A stretch of 64,000 bases of DNA from Candidatus Thorarchaeota archaeon (GCA_048882325.1 JBHLRS010000001.1:85557-149556); one strand, 5' to 3'. Positions 20,901-30,738 are shown, counted from the stretch's first letter. Made by a program: numbers and translations. The notes: generated by a model not told the origin, from the sequence alone.

Positions 20901-23816
20901 AGTTACGAGGGTACCTTTCAGGCAGCTCCTGCGTTTATCGCAGACTGGGGTATTCTTCAAGCTCAATGGTTCACGACTGATGGTCATCACGAGATGCCAT
21001 ATCCAGGAGCTCTAGCTGATTGGCGTGGTGTATACTATACCACAACTGAATACGATGGTAAGGTTCCTACAACCAAGACCATTACTGTTTCAGATGTCAC
21101 CTATTTCCTTGGTGGCAATCCTGACACAAGCACATGGTACGAATCTGACCACTTCAACCATACAGGTTTCTGGGTCATCATAGATTCAACCAACTACACA
21201 CTAGATGGTCAGAAGATGTGGCATGCACTTGTTAATGGCACTTCAACATGGCAACCAATGACTGTTGGAGGATCATTAGAGTATGGTTCGTTTGCTCAAT
21301 TAGCCTTCCAAACAGAGGGTACACTTGAAACACCCTATACCTATTATGTTGAATACAATTGGAATTCAACATATTACTACGAGTCCAACTGGACAGTTTC
21401 ACTCGGAAATGGTTCAGTGTATTCTTGTGAACCACGAATACTCTTTGAGGTGTATCTTGTCGATGCGAATGGAACGCTTGTCTACACATATGACCGATAC
21501 CCATACGAAGAATGGCTTGGTGGTGACAACTATGTCTACTATATCGTTGATCTTGATGGAGCATTACACTATGTTGACTACTACTATGAATTACCAGCAC
21601 TGGATGTCGTCATCACCGAAGGTTGGGATGTTTGGGGTCCAAATGGTACAGCTACATTCCATTATTTCGTCAATGGCACAGAGCACATCGAACCTTACTC
21701 AGGTGGTCATGGCGGAATGTCAACCATGGTCTTCACAAATGGAACTCTGAGTGGCAAGTACTTCTTCAGATACGCCAATTATGACAATGCCATCTATAAT
21801 GTGTCATACATGGGTGGAACATACAAAGCAGTCGCAAGGTCCGATTACATCTATCAGATTGGTAGTGTTGAAGGCCAAGCATACACCTACACACTTGCTC
21901 CAATCGAGAGTGTCGTTTTCAAAAACTTCCAAGAGATAATCGTTGGCAACCCACGATGGGCACTTTGGGGTGTTCAAACTTGGGCTGAATCAGAGTCCAA
22001 TAATGCTCTCGACTTAGATGGTGATCTATCGACAACTGATGACCAGTACTACGTACTCTCTGAGTATCAGTCGACAAACAGCTACTATCAAGAATGGACG
22101 CGCATGTGGGTCAACCTCATGTGGGATCCAAATGGAACTATTTTTGGTGATGAGATGCTCACTGATTCATGGATGGGTGTTGAGACCTATTCGTGGTCTT
22201 ATCAGTGGCAGGAGACCTTTTACTGGTTCCATGCAGATGACCTTACACCAGTAGGTTCAGCTGAGTGGGACACAATCAATAACACTATCTTTGATGCTGA
22301 AGGGCTTCCTCGGGCTGGTTATTGGGATATTGCACATATGGGTCGTAATGTCACTTGGGAGGACATCCTTGCTGAGGCTGAAGCCAATGGTTGGGACTGG
22401 TTTGATCAAGGTGAACAGGAATGGACCTGGTTGTCTTTTGGTGTTGGTCAACATTATGGTGTTGACTCAGAAACCGGATATAGTGGCATTGATTTACGCT
22501 ACGAGTACTCGGGTCTCATGATTTGGGAAGACACAAACAACAACTCTATCATGGAGGCATTTCTGACAAATCCAGGAGACGGTGAACTTACTCACTATTT
22601 CATACCTGATTCAGTTGGAAGTGTGAGCTTTGTCACACCAGGCATGTCATTTGGCGTTACTGATGCATCTGGTCATCTGTTGGTTGGCGTTGAGGATGAG
22701 ATAACATGGGGTGTCACTTTCAGTGATATCAACGGTACTGTATTCCCATTCAATGCATATGCATACTGGGACTGGTACGGTGGTGTAGTGACTGGAAGTG
22801 ATCTAAAGACATTCGATGAGCGACCAACCAAGGTCACAATCGATGAGCTCTCATTTCTGGTCCACTTCCAAGGTTTCATCAATGAAACCGAAGGCGCCAC
22901 AAACAATTATGCAACTCTCAAGGTTGACAACACAGTTGGACAGTGGGGTGTAAATCTAATCGGTGGTATCGCTAATCTCGAAGGCAAGTCGCTTGCTCTC
23001 AACTATCTTGCAGATGTGAGCACTTCACAATTCAGGGTAGAAGAAGTCGGTGTTGATCCGGAACAAACAATTGTTTCAGACCGATTCCAGATAGGTGATA
23101 ACCGTGCAAGATTCGCTGAGATGATTATCGGTGGAGTAACATACGAGTGGGCCGCTGATCCATACACTGCATATAATGTCACAAGCCAGACAACTCCATT
23201 CAGTACTTTCACTAGTGCTTACCAGTCTGAGGATGGCAAATCTGCCACCTCATGGTCATTCACCTCAACACAGTATTACGTTTCGATTGGATTTCCGCAT
23301 TGGGATGGCTATTACGTCTATCAGGACCCAATCTTCGTTGGTTATGTCAGTAACTCTGGCAATCCTGGTGGTGCTGTAGCATTCAACAATCTGGGATTCA
23401 GTCCTTCAGTTCCATCCTCTACTGATGCTGTGACTGTTGGCGTGGACCTAGTGACCGACGATGAGATCTTCAGTGTGGCGCTTCAGTACAGTACTGATGG
23501 CTACAACTTCAATGGCATCTCCGGAATGTGGTCTGACTCACCAAACCATTGGGTTGGTGAAATTCCTTCCTATCCTGAGGATACTCAAGTCTGGTACAAG
23601 GTAGTTGTCACAACCAACTCTGGAACCTACGAATCTGACATCAAGTCTTACATCGTTGGCCAAGGCGCAGTGACGGAACCAACAGAGCCTCCAACCACCC
23701 CACGACCAACTGGACCAAGTGGTCCGATTGAGCTATCAACAGAGATGTTGTTGATGCTTGGTGGTGTAGGCGTTGTGGTTGTCGTCCTCGGTGTGATGGC
23801 TAAGAGACGCAAGTAG
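17964..23816 (+). CDS. Giant (~1950 aa) Trp/Tyr-rich cell-surface/S-layer-like glycoprotein
   Basis: Signal peptide (RLFNKTFTLLIVSLFVVSFSIAG), many sequons, C-terminal Ig-like domain, PT linker, TM helix, KRRK tail. Start chosen after SD-like GGAGATGA (ORF track starts at 17883). Confidence 0.8.
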   Translation: MRSMRLFNKTFTLLIVSLFVVSFSIAGSSAALPSQTVAGSSAIFQQPIDVVVPADEGTNLDWYTDTGNYNDTWTWSNNYWLFGPRANYELFFNNGSQIHDDDYVPINEEITWRINIPKSILRGASIDNVYINGWYVSPDMNFSASFAFDFYNSTPITWSASSSSENYTTGVFDYTPYVEVNAGASSLTSDSSMYYVNFKVRFLSSAPMGLYNSYINLYDRDGNYYDVRSRWATDMMMSEYMAVGIPRSEAWTYSYYGGYTLEKQDLAGDQIYSVSRGTDFMMRFNITGNGELDYAMLWTYLPTGDVRIPINRTGFHTEMITHTGGWVFDPAIQTYVYNSSIQYTVPEGVYGDYIEYDYYYGSDWRDYEYRYIMWNETSGMMEVESYTTSQEMNLMYIYNFTSNTFELLYGFQYWSYPLDYYQPDVYEEYIWYLEPVENAPLQIYALNDTLSNKYVNNGIISVEFVGHFTDQAPKGATINFNDRVVSKDGYEFNVLADDYGNAPMTYQEYLDAKQVAVESPVTIAKLLKQDHSDVYGWFFPADPGTPFEVQGRLQGGADLATDIDGALFSMKSYDSIWTENMYMYTDMYYEILVGADNSVTFSAYNYTAMENRTFGYHWEWQEVQVTDWHWEYNVTSGETEWVYGEYWTSEDVWVEGWYWEWFYFNQKDGEWVSSQDWYCNDVRSEMTKVNIDFAEVIGITHYNAGGDLYYSFLVNLTNSVREITHWWDFNFANNTWVIDPSSGTGFHDVAVWRPGWVHTFDYMGEDVFVEISSKIGVFNSTIPGSSDWMSVDEVPYITIDGVDYPIKVRNIMYPYSSETEQRIMFWDNGGDYYELLNGTKIYIQEQRSAFFYNVTIPGYGSFISAQKDYIFWDDGVNGWYSWWDIYGNIHQGTDYMIWGYNVTVEFLEASDAIRDGYYLRIGEANVLKVKDYPINDPRTGTVYVIDEYGTRYDMTYDPYSGYYYMEYETLLQRVSYVSESYEGTFQAAPAFIADWGILQAQWFTTDGHHEMPYPGALADWRGVYYTTTEYDGKVPTTKTITVSDVTYFLGGNPDTSTWYESDHFNHTGFWVIIDSTNYTLDGQKMWHALVNGTSTWQPMTVGGSLEYGSFAQLAFQTEGTLETPYTYYVEYNWNSTYYYESNWTVSLGNGSVYSCEPRILFEVYLVDANGTLVYTYDRYPYEEWLGGDNYVYYIVDLDGALHYVDYYYELPALDVVITEGWDVWGPNGTATFHYFVNGTEHIEPYSGGHGGMSTMVFTNGTLSGKYFFRYANYDNAIYNVSYMGGTYKAVARSDYIYQIGSVEGQAYTYTLAPIESVVFKNFQEIIVGNPRWALWGVQTWAESESNNALDLDGDLSTTDDQYYVLSEYQSTNSYYQEWTRMWVNLMWDPNGTIFGDEMLTDSWMGVETYSWSYQWQETFYWFHADDLTPVGSAEWDTINNTIFDAEGLPRAGYWDIAHMGRNVTWEDILAEAEANGWDWFDQGEQEWTWLSFGVGQHYGVDSETGYSGIDLRYEYSGLMIWEDTNNNSIMEAFLTNPGDGELTHYFIPDSVGSVSFVTPGMSFGVTDASGHLLVGVEDEITWGVTFSDINGTVFPFNAYAYWDWYGGVVTGSDLKTFDERPTKVTIDELSFLVHFQGFINETEGATNNYATLKVDNTVGQWGVNLIGGIANLEGKSLALNYLADVSTSQFRVEEVGVDPEQTIVSDRFQIGDNRARFAEMIIGGVTYEWAADPYTAYNVTSQTTPFSTFTSAYQSEDGKSATSWSFTSTQYYVSIGFPHWDGYYVYQDPIFVGYVSNSGNPGGAVAFNNLGFSPSVPSSTDAVTVGVDLVTDDEIFSVALQYSTDGYNFNGISGMWSDSPNHWVGEIPSYPEDTQVWYKVVVTTNSGTYESDIKSYIVGQGAVTEPTEPPTTPRPTGPSGPIELSTEMLLMLGGVGVVVVVLGVMAKRRK

Positions 23817-23822
23817 AACAAG

Positions 23823-23858
23823 AAGAGGGGCCATATTGCCCCTCTTTCCCTCTTTTTT
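23823..23858 (+). terminator. Hairpin plus T tract between convergent genes
   Basis: AAGAGGGGC-CATATT-GCCCCTCTT then TCCCTCTTTTTT. Confidence 0.7.
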
Positions 23859-24504
23859 ATTTCTTTGGAACCTTTTTCCAATCGTCCAAGAATTTCTTGA
23901 TACCGACGTCCGTAAGTGGATGATTGACCATCTTGTCTAGTACTGCTGGGGGAATCGTGGCGATATCTGCGCCGATTAATGCAGCCTCATAGACATGTAT
24001 CGGATGTCGAATACTAGCAACTATGATTTCAGTTTCAAATCCATAGTTCGCATAAATCTGGGCTGTTCCCTCAATTACATCCATTCCAACTTGTCCGATA
24101 TCATCGAGTCTTCCTATGAAAGGCGAAACGAAAGTTGCACCTGCTTTTGCTGCAAGGATAGCTTGGTTTGGACTAAAGACAAGCGTGACATTGGTTTGGA
24201 TTCCCTCATCTGCACAGACCTTGACTGCCTTAAGCCCCTCCCATGTCATGGGTATTTTGATGGCAGCATTATCAATCCAACTGTTGAGCTCCCGAGCTTC
24301 TTTCAGCATACCTTCGGAGTCCTCGCTCACGACCTCCAGACTAATTGGTCCCTTTACAAAAGAAGCAATCTCATCAATGACCTCTCGGAAGTCACGACCC
24401 TCCTTTGCTACCAGGGATGGATTGGTTGTCACTCCATCAACCATTCCTCGATCATATGCTTTGCGTATTGCTTCAACATTGGCAGTATCAATGAAGAATT
24501 TCAA
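23857..24504 (-). CDS. tal: Transaldolase (short TalC/Fsa-family type)
   Basis: [17 protein letters not shown] Schiff-base Lys, NVTLVFS. Glu in SLEV and Phe in VSPF favour transaldolase over FSA. Confidence 0.9.
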   Translation of the reverse strand: MKFFIDTANVEAIRKAYDRGMVDGVTTNPSLVAKEGRDFREVIDEIASFVKGPISLEVVSEDSEGMLKEARELNSWIDNAAIKIPMTWEGLKAVKVCADEGIQTNVTLVFSPNQAILAAKAGATFVSPFIGRLDDIGQVGMDVIEGTAQIYANYGFETEIIVASIRHPIHVYEAALIGADIATIPPAVLDKMVNHPLTDVGIKKFLDDWKKVPKK

Positions 24505-24592
24505 CTCTAGTTATCTCCTGTCTTGACCAGAACATGGTCTCTACTATCCGAGTAGGTGTGTTTGCTGAATTTAAAGCGTGGGGTCTGGGTCT

Positions 24593-25252
24593 CTATTTCA
24601 TTGCCTTCTTGAAATCGCGAACTCTCTGCTCGATGTCTGGAGCCTTAAACACTGCTGATCCTGCGATAAAGAAGTCAGCACCTGCCTTCCGAAGGTCAGC
24701 AACATTATCTAGAGTCACACCACCATCCACAGCAATCCTGACCTCCGGTTTTAACTCATCAAGCAGTGCCCGAAGGTCTGCTACCTTCGCCATTGTAGAA
24801 GGGATGAACTTCTGTCCTCCAAATCCCGGGCAGACGCTCATCAGAAGAACTGAGTCAATAAGGTCAATTACTCCTTCAACTGTCTGAACTGAGGTCGCTG
24901 GGTTCAAAGTGATTCCTGCCCGTGCACCATGGTCGATTATCAATTGGACTGTTCTATAGACATCGAAGGACGCCTCCATGTGTGGATAAATCAGCTCCAC
25001 TCCTGCATCAATGAACTTGGGGATGTACTCCCGAGGATTAGTTATCATAAGATGGGCATCGAGAGGAAGGTCGGTGATTGCCCTCATCTGCTTTGCTACC
25101 CAGGGACCAAAGCTGATGTTGGGTACAAAATGTCCGTCCATGATGTCAAGATGGAAATAGTCTGCTCCACCCTTCTCAGCCGCCTTGATGTCTGCTTCAA
25201 GGTTGGCAAAGTTAGCTGCTAGAATTGAGGGTGTGAGTAGAGGTTTATGCAT
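24593..25252 (-). CDS. rpe: Ribulose-phosphate 3-epimerase
   Basis: PSILAANF, HLDIMDGHFVPN, DAHLM, MSVCPGFGGQ, VDGG. Start at MHKP after GAGGT. Confidence 0.95.
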   Translation of the reverse strand: MHKPLLTPSILAANFANLEADIKAAEKGGADYFHLDIMDGHFVPNISFGPWVAKQMRAITDLPLDAHLMITNPREYIPKFIDAGVELIYPHMEASFDVYRTVQLIIDHGARAGITLNPATSVQTVEGVIDLIDSVLLMSVCPGFGGQKFIPSTMAKVADLRALLDELKPEVRIAVDGGVTLDNVADLRKAGADFFIAGSAVFKAPDIEQRVRDFKKAMK

Positions 25253-25341
25253 AACCAAACCTCTGACTGCCTTGATTTTAATCTTCTCTAATGTCAACAG
25301 CAGTAACACAGAAACTTAACTATAGTTTTTTATACCTCTAG

Positions 25342-25968
25342 TTGCCTGATATAATAAGGATGATTGGAATGACAGAAAGGAAGGTCAAGAAGGAGCTACA
25401 ACCAGTTCAACGTCAAGATTTACTCGATGCGTTGAGAATCCGTTTTGAAGAAAACATGAACCGTCATAAGGGTCTTGTATGGGCGAATGTAGAAGCAAGG
25501 CTGAAGGCTGATCCTGAGAAACTGTGGTCGCTAAACGAAATGGAAAGGACTGGCGGTGAACCTGATGTAGCTGAATATGACAAGAAAACGAACGAATTCA
25601 TTTTCTATGATTGTTCAGCACAGAGTCCCGAAGGTCGCAGATATGTCTGTTACGATCGTGAAGGGCAGGATGCGAGAAGAAAGATGAAAGGTACCAAAAG
25701 TACGAGCTCGGAAGGTCTGAAAGGCAACGCAATCGATATGGCAGGTACTATAGGTATTGAGATCTTAACAGAAGAGCAGTATCGAAAGTTGCAGAAACTT
25801 GGAGAATTCGACACTAAGACTTCAAGCTGGGTGAAAACACCTTCTGCTATCAGAGAACTAGGTGGTGCCATCTTTGCTAGTCGCCGCTACAACCATGTCT
25901 TTACGTTTCACAATAGTGCTCCTTCTTTCTATAGAGATAGAGGGTTCCGTGGCTCGTTAAGAGTCTAA
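25342..25968 (+). CDS. DUF4256-type protein
   Basis: RFEENMNRH, LNEMERTGGEPD, DCSAQSP, KTSSW, RGFRGSLRV match this mostly bacterial family. Confidence 0.75.
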   Translation: MPDIIRMIGMTERKVKKELQPVQRQDLLDALRIRFEENMNRHKGLVWANVEARLKADPEKLWSLNEMERTGGEPDVAEYDKKTNEFIFYDCSAQSPEGRRYVCYDREGQDARRKMKGTKSTSSEGLKGNAIDMAGTIGIEILTEEQYRKLQKLGEFDTKTSSWVKTPSAIRELGGAIFASRRYNHVFTFHNSAPSFYRDRGFRGSLRV

Positions 25969-25980
25969 ACTTTGTGCGCG

Positions 25981-28581
25981 TCACGACTTTCGACGCTTTA
26001 TCTCATCTTGGATTTCCTTGAGTTCGTTTAAAGCATCCATTGGTGTTGTTCTGTCCAGGTCCATATGTTCTATTTTCTCAACGATTGGATCATCAATGAC
26101 AAGAGCCTCTAGACTCGCTTGCTCAGTATTCTCAAAGTCCGCATCTGTCAGGTCGACCGCTGAGATGTTCTCCTTCTCAAGTCTGACCAAAAGCTCCTTT
26201 GCGCGTCTGACTACTTCATCTGGAACACCAGCTAATGCCGCCACATGCACTCCATAGCTCCTATCGGTTCCGCCATCTACCACCTTATGAAGGAAGACAA
26301 TGGTATCACCTGACTCCTTAGCTAGAGTGTGTACATTTTTGACCCCATGATATAGTTTCGACATATCTGTCAACTGATGAAAGTGAGTAGCAAAGAGAGC
26401 TCTTGTCTTCATCTGGACAATTCGCTCAGCAACAGCCCACGCTAGAGCCATCCCATCAAATGTTGATGTCCCTCGACCTATCTCATCCAGTATAACCAGA
26501 CTCTTCTCGGTTGCATTGTTCAGGATGTTTGCGGTTTCAACCATTTCAACCATGAACGTACTCTGTCGGGCAGTGAGATCATCAAATGCACCAACTCTGG
26601 TGAATATCCTATCAACGAGTCCTATCTCTGCACTCTTTGCAGGGACGAAGGTTCCCATCTGAGCTAGTAACACTATGATGGCACATTGACGCATGTAGGT
26701 ACTTTTCCCAGCCATATTGGGACCTGTCACAATCATCAGTGTTGTCCCTCCATCACCAATCTCAATGCTATTGGGCACGAACTCATTAGGTCCAAGCATG
26801 ACCTCAAGTGATGCATGTCTTCCATCAGTTATCTTGATGCGTGTGCTGTCTGTGATCTTTGGTCTGCTATAGCGTCTAGTGACTGCAACATCTGCTAGAG
26901 ACACCAGAACATCTGCAGTTGCTACAGCATCTGAGTCCTGCCGTAAGCTGCTGGTGACTTTCCTGATTTGTTCGCGGAGACCCTCGTACAACTCGTACTC
27001 AACCTTGTTGATCCGTTCCTCTCCTGCAAGAACAGTGGACTCTTTCTCCTTAAGGTCGGGTGTGATGAACCTCTCTGCATTGGCTAAGGTCTGCTTGCGT
27101 TCATACTCATCAGGCACCATTGAAAGGTTGGCTTTCGTAACCTCAATATAGTAACCAAAGACCTTGTTGAAGCCAACTTTTAATGTCTTGATTCCAGTTC
27201 TTCTTCGCTCAGACGTTTGCAGAGATGCAATCCATTTCTTGTCGGAAGAAATTGTGTCCTTCAGCTCATCAAGTTCTTGGCTGAAACCTCTTAGTATCAT
27301 GCCTCCATCTCGCACTGAAACAGGTGGGTCATCCACAATTGCGGACTTCAATGTTTTGTGAAGCTTGGTGAATGGGTCAATAGAACTTGCTGACTCCTTC
27401 AATATCTCACTTTTGCACTCTGAGAGGGACATCTTGATCTTAGGGAGTTTCGCAAGAGCATTCCTAAGAGCCAAGAGGTCTCGTGCGTTGGCCGAACCAA
27501 ACACAATCCTGCTGGTGATTCTCTCCAGGTCTCCCAAATCTCTAAGACTGTTTGAGATTTCCTTTCTATGAAGGGCATCTCGTGCTAGTTCCTCTATAGC
27601 ATCCTGTCTTTTCTCTATCTCCTTGAGGTTACGGAGGGGTCTCAGCATCCATTGTTTCAACTTCCGTTTCCCCATGGGAGTTACTGTCTTTGAGAGCACC
27701 GAGAGTAATGTCCCCCTAGTACTGCCATCCCTCGCATTCTTGACAAGCTCTAGATTGCGTTGTGTTGTTGGATCGACTATCATATGCGCCTCAACGCTAT
27801 AGGTACGAATTCCAGAAACTGTCATAGTCCCTGTTTTGTGAACATCATTCAAATACGATAGGACCGCACCAACAGCTCCAAGAGCCACACGCTTATCGCT
27901 CAGTCCATATCCATCCAGAGTTGTTACTCCAAATTGTTCTTTCACAAGTTCTTCCGCATTCCGTACTGAATAGTCAGTGTCAGCTCGGAAAGTGACTTTA
28001 ACACCCATCTCCTCAAGGATCGTCTTGAGATTCGATTTTGCTGTCGAGTCAGGAAGGAGAATCTCCGAGGGTGAGAACTTACCTATCTCGTTCATCGTTG
28101 TTTCGCCATCAAGTGAGGCTTCGAACTCTGTGGCAAGAAACTCTCCGGTTGAAACATCAACTGCTGACAGTCCAATCAAGTCCTCATGTTGCACCAAAGA
28201 AACTAGATAGTTGTTGGTTGTGTCATCAAGCATTGTACTCTCAAGAACTGTGCCTGGTGTTACAACTCGAACGACATCTCGTTTCACTAGCCCCTTTGCC
28301 TGCGATGCCTCCTCAACCTGTCGTGCGATGGCCACAGTATAACCTGCCTGTAGAAGTTTGGCGATGTACCCATCTACAGAATGATTAGGTACTCCACACA
28401 TTGGCCACTTGTCTATCCCTTCTCCCCGTGCAGTGAGTACAATATCCAAGATTTTACTTGCAATCTTGGCATCCTCATTGAACATCTCATGAAAATCCCC
28501 AAGTTGATACATGAGTATGCAATCGGGATATTGTCTCTTCAACTGAAGATATTGCCTCTGCATAGGGGTTTCTTTACTCAC
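25981..28581 (-). CDS. mutS: DNA mismatch repair protein MutS (MutS1)
   Basis: TPMQRQY, GDFHEMF (F-x-E), TGPNMAGKSTY, STFMVEM, DEIGRGTST, ATHFH, SYG. Confidence 0.97.
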   Translation of the reverse strand: MSKETPMQRQYLQLKRQYPDCILMYQLGDFHEMFNEDAKIASKILDIVLTARGEGIDKWPMCGVPNHSVDGYIAKLLQAGYTVAIARQVEEASQAKGLVKRDVVRVVTPGTVLESTMLDDTTNNYLVSLVQHEDLIGLSAVDVSTGEFLATEFEASLDGETTMNEIGKFSPSEILLPDSTAKSNLKTILEEMGVKVTFRADTDYSVRNAEELVKEQFGVTTLDGYGLSDKRVALGAVGAVLSYLNDVHKTGTMTVSGIRTYSVEAHMIVDPTTQRNLELVKNARDGSTRGTLLSVLSKTVTPMGKRKLKQWMLRPLRNLKEIEKRQDAIEELARDALHRKEISNSLRDLGDLERITSRIVFGSANARDLLALRNALAKLPKIKMSLSECKSEILKESASSIDPFTKLHKTLKSAIVDDPPVSVRDGGMILRGFSQELDELKDTISSDKKWIASLQTSERRRTGIKTLKVGFNKVFGYYIEVTKANLSMVPDEYERKQTLANAERFITPDLKEKESTVLAGEERINKVEYELYEGLREQIRKVTSSLRQDSDAVATADVLVSLADVAVTRRYSRPKITDSTRIKITDGRHASLEVMLGPNEFVPNSIEIGDGGTTLMIVTGPNMAGKSTYMRQCAIIVLLAQMGTFVPAKSAEIGLVDRIFTRVGAFDDLTARQSTFMVEMVETANILNNATEKSLVILDEIGRGTSTFDGMALAWAVAERIVQMKTRALFATHFHQLTDMSKLYHGVKNVHTLAKESGDTIVFLHKVVDGGTDRSYGVHVAALAGVPDEVVRRAKELLVRLEKENISAVDLTDADFENTEQASLEALVIDDPIVEKIEHMDLDRTTPMDALNELKEIQDEIKRRKS

Positions 28582-28797
28582 TCTTGCTCCCTGCTTCTCT
28601 TATTTCCGACTGCTTCTTTAATAATGGCATCGACAAAATGGTTCCGGTTAATAATTCATGTCTTGAGTAAAATTTGTCCATAATCGAACACTGACACTTT
28701 TCATTTTGCAACTTACTGATCTAATTTTTTAACGTGTAGATTACAGTTAGTCCATTATCAAATAAGCTTGAGTTAAAAGGAACAATTAAGAGGGTCT

Positions 28798-29457
28798 TTG
28801 AATCGATTTGAGAGCGACAGGGTGCAATTCTTGAGAACACGCATTCTAGGACTCTCCGGAAGTCCGAGGACGAGCAGCAACACCGCGATACTTGTGGAAA
28901 CAGCTCTCGATGCTGCAGAGAAAGCAGGTGCAGTAATAGAGTTTCTAGACTTGTCTGCACTCGATATTCGAATGTGTGAACATTGCAGTGAGTGCTCTCA
29001 AACTGAAAGGTGCAAACTTAATGATGACTTGAACAAAGTTGCTGATAAGATGAGAGTTGCTGATGGCATCATCTTTGGCTCTCCAGACCACCATGCATCC
29101 GTGGCCGCACCTTTGAAAAATGTGATGGATCGTACAGGCCGTTTCATGAAGCTTGAGGGCAAGGTTGGTGCTAGCATTGTCGTTGGTCGTAGATCAGGTA
29201 CTGACATCACAATGACTCAGATGTTGTTTTTCATGTTAGTCAAAGAGATGATTGTACCTGGTGGAGTACATTGGCCAATAGGTTTTGCATTGAATGCTGG
29301 AGACATTCGAGCTGATACTGAAGCTATTGCCATGGCAAAACAAATGGGGACACGCATTACTCAACTTGCTACGAATTTAGTTAGAAATCCTGTGCCTTGG
29401 GCGCATGAACCAAGACCAACCGGACAAAAAGTCCGTTTTGGACATGAGTGGCAATAA
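28798..29457 (+). CDS. Iron-sulfur flavoprotein (Isf/WrbA flavodoxin-like)
   Basis: GSPRTSSNT FMN loop, CEHCSECSQTERC cluster motif, ADGIIFGSP. Confidence 0.85.
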   Translation: MNRFESDRVQFLRTRILGLSGSPRTSSNTAILVETALDAAEKAGAVIEFLDLSALDIRMCEHCSECSQTERCKLNDDLNKVADKMRVADGIIFGSPDHHASVAAPLKNVMDRTGRFMKLEGKVGASIVVGRRSGTDITMTQMLFFMLVKEMIVPGGVHWPIGFALNAGDIRADTEAIAMAKQMGTRITQLATNLVRNPVPWAHEPRPTGQKVRFGHEWQ

Positions 29458-29844
29458 TCACGTCGTCGTGGACGCTTCATACTTACTCGGACAAGATGTC
29501 AATATTTTCGTAGCGTGTATGAGCGACGCTGACTGCAACTGACCAATGGCTACTATCTCCTGACCATCTATCAGATTCGGAGTATCTCCAAGTATAAGCA
29601 CCGTGATTGTGTGATTCTCACCTTCCATCACCAATGTCACATTCTCTGATGTTGTTGCCAGTGAACCAGCTTGATATGCTCCCTTGACCTGAATGTTGCG
29701 ACCCATGTACGGATCGGGATTTGTGACAACCTCATCAACTGCTAGATATGGATCTACGAATAGGTTCAGCATAGCAAATGCAACGAAACCAATTGTTGCA
29801 ACCAAGATGATTGCTACAGCTGCCATTCGCGTTCTCTTCTTCAT
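29458..29844 (-). CDS. ccmE: Heme chaperone CcmE, CxxxY variant
   Basis: N-terminal TM helix, OB-fold-like core, C-terminal ILTSCPSKY. Confidence 0.9.
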   Translation of the reverse strand: MKKRTRMAAVAIILVATIGFVAFAMLNLFVDPYLAVDEVVTNPDPYMGRNIQVKGAYQAGSLATTSENVTLVMEGENHTITVLILGDTPNLIDGQEIVAIGQLQSASLIHATKILTSCPSKYEASTTT

Positions 29845-29846
29845 TA

Positions 29847-29987
29847 CTACTGGTCTCCTTCTAGCTGTGAATCCACCATCTTGAGTTGCTTCTCTATTCC
29901 TATCATCCTCAATAAAAGATATGCTAGGAATACAAAGATGCCTCCCCAGAGGATAACGGCTACAATGAACAATTCAAATTGCTGCAT
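29847..29987 (-). CDS. ccmD: CcmD-like small membrane protein (46 aa, absent from ORF track)
   Basis: Hand-translated MQQFELFIVAVILWGGIFVFLAYLLLRMIGIEKQLKMVDSQLEGDQ*. One TM helix plus charged tail, located exactly between ccmC and ccmE with 4 and 2 bp gaps. Confidence 0.8.
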   Translation of the reverse strand: MQQFELFIVAVILWGGIFVFLAYLLLRMIGIEKQLKMVDSQLEGDQ

Positions 29988-29991
29988 GACG

Positions 29992-30660
29992 TTAACTCCT
30001 TTCCATTCTTATTCTCATCAATTTTTCTTGAGCTGAATCAATTTTGTATGACAAATCCACCATGATCAAAGCGATGAACGTAACTGCGATCATCGCAACG
30101 AACAAAGTCATCATATGTTCAACTTCCATTTGGAGCCCTGATGGCTCAATGACTATTGGGTGTAGAGTATCCCAAATTCGAATTGAAAGATAGCTCAATA
30201 TTACCATTGGGAATGCTACAATTCCAAAAATTGAACCAAACTGAGCTCTGGACTCACGATCACCAACTGAGGCTCGATATGCTAGAATACACGCGTACGC
30301 CACCCACAGTATTAGAGTGGTTGTTTCTCGAGGATCCCAGTTCCAGTATGAATTCCAAGCTGCATTGGCCCACATCATTCCAGAAAGCAAGGTTATCGTT
30401 GTGAACAACAAGCCAAGCTTGATTGCTACTGCTCCAAGGATATCATATTTCAAATCTCCTTTCCAGAGATACATTACACTGCAGAGTAATGTCCCCCCAA
30501 ATAGTCCATATGCCACAAGTGCGGGTGCTACGTGCTGAAAGAAGATTCGAACATTCTCTCCCAGCTGGACATCTGGTGGTGCGAAGATCCAAGTCATATA
30601 GACATACAAGAGTGCTATCGCTGCGGTGATTCCAAGAAAAATCAGCTGGGTTTTTCTCAC
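29992..30660 (-). CDS. ccmC: Heme exporter/WWD protein CcmC
   Basis: WWD motif WANAAWNSYWNWDPRET; His ligands in FQHVAP and TLHP. Confidence 0.92.
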   Translation of the reverse strand: MRKTQLIFLGITAAIALLYVYMTWIFAPPDVQLGENVRIFFQHVAPALVAYGLFGGTLLCSVMYLWKGDLKYDILGAVAIKLGLLFTTITLLSGMMWANAAWNSYWNWDPRETTTLILWVAYACILAYRASVGDRESRAQFGSIFGIVAFPMVILSYLSIRIWDTLHPIVIEPSGLQMEVEHMMTLFVAMIAVTFIALIMVDLSYKIDSAQEKLMRIRMERS

Positions 30661-30738
30661 GGTTTTTCAACTCGAATTGTCGGCGGACAACACAGTTCGT
30701 AATATGAAGGTTTTGTTAACAGTGTTAACATCAAAGCT

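Noticed and set aside
14632-28683. Many 60-170 aa antisense or alternate-frame ORFs
   Set aside because: They are shadows of well-supported genes (mutL, mutS, tal, rpe, surface protein) with no recognisable motifs.
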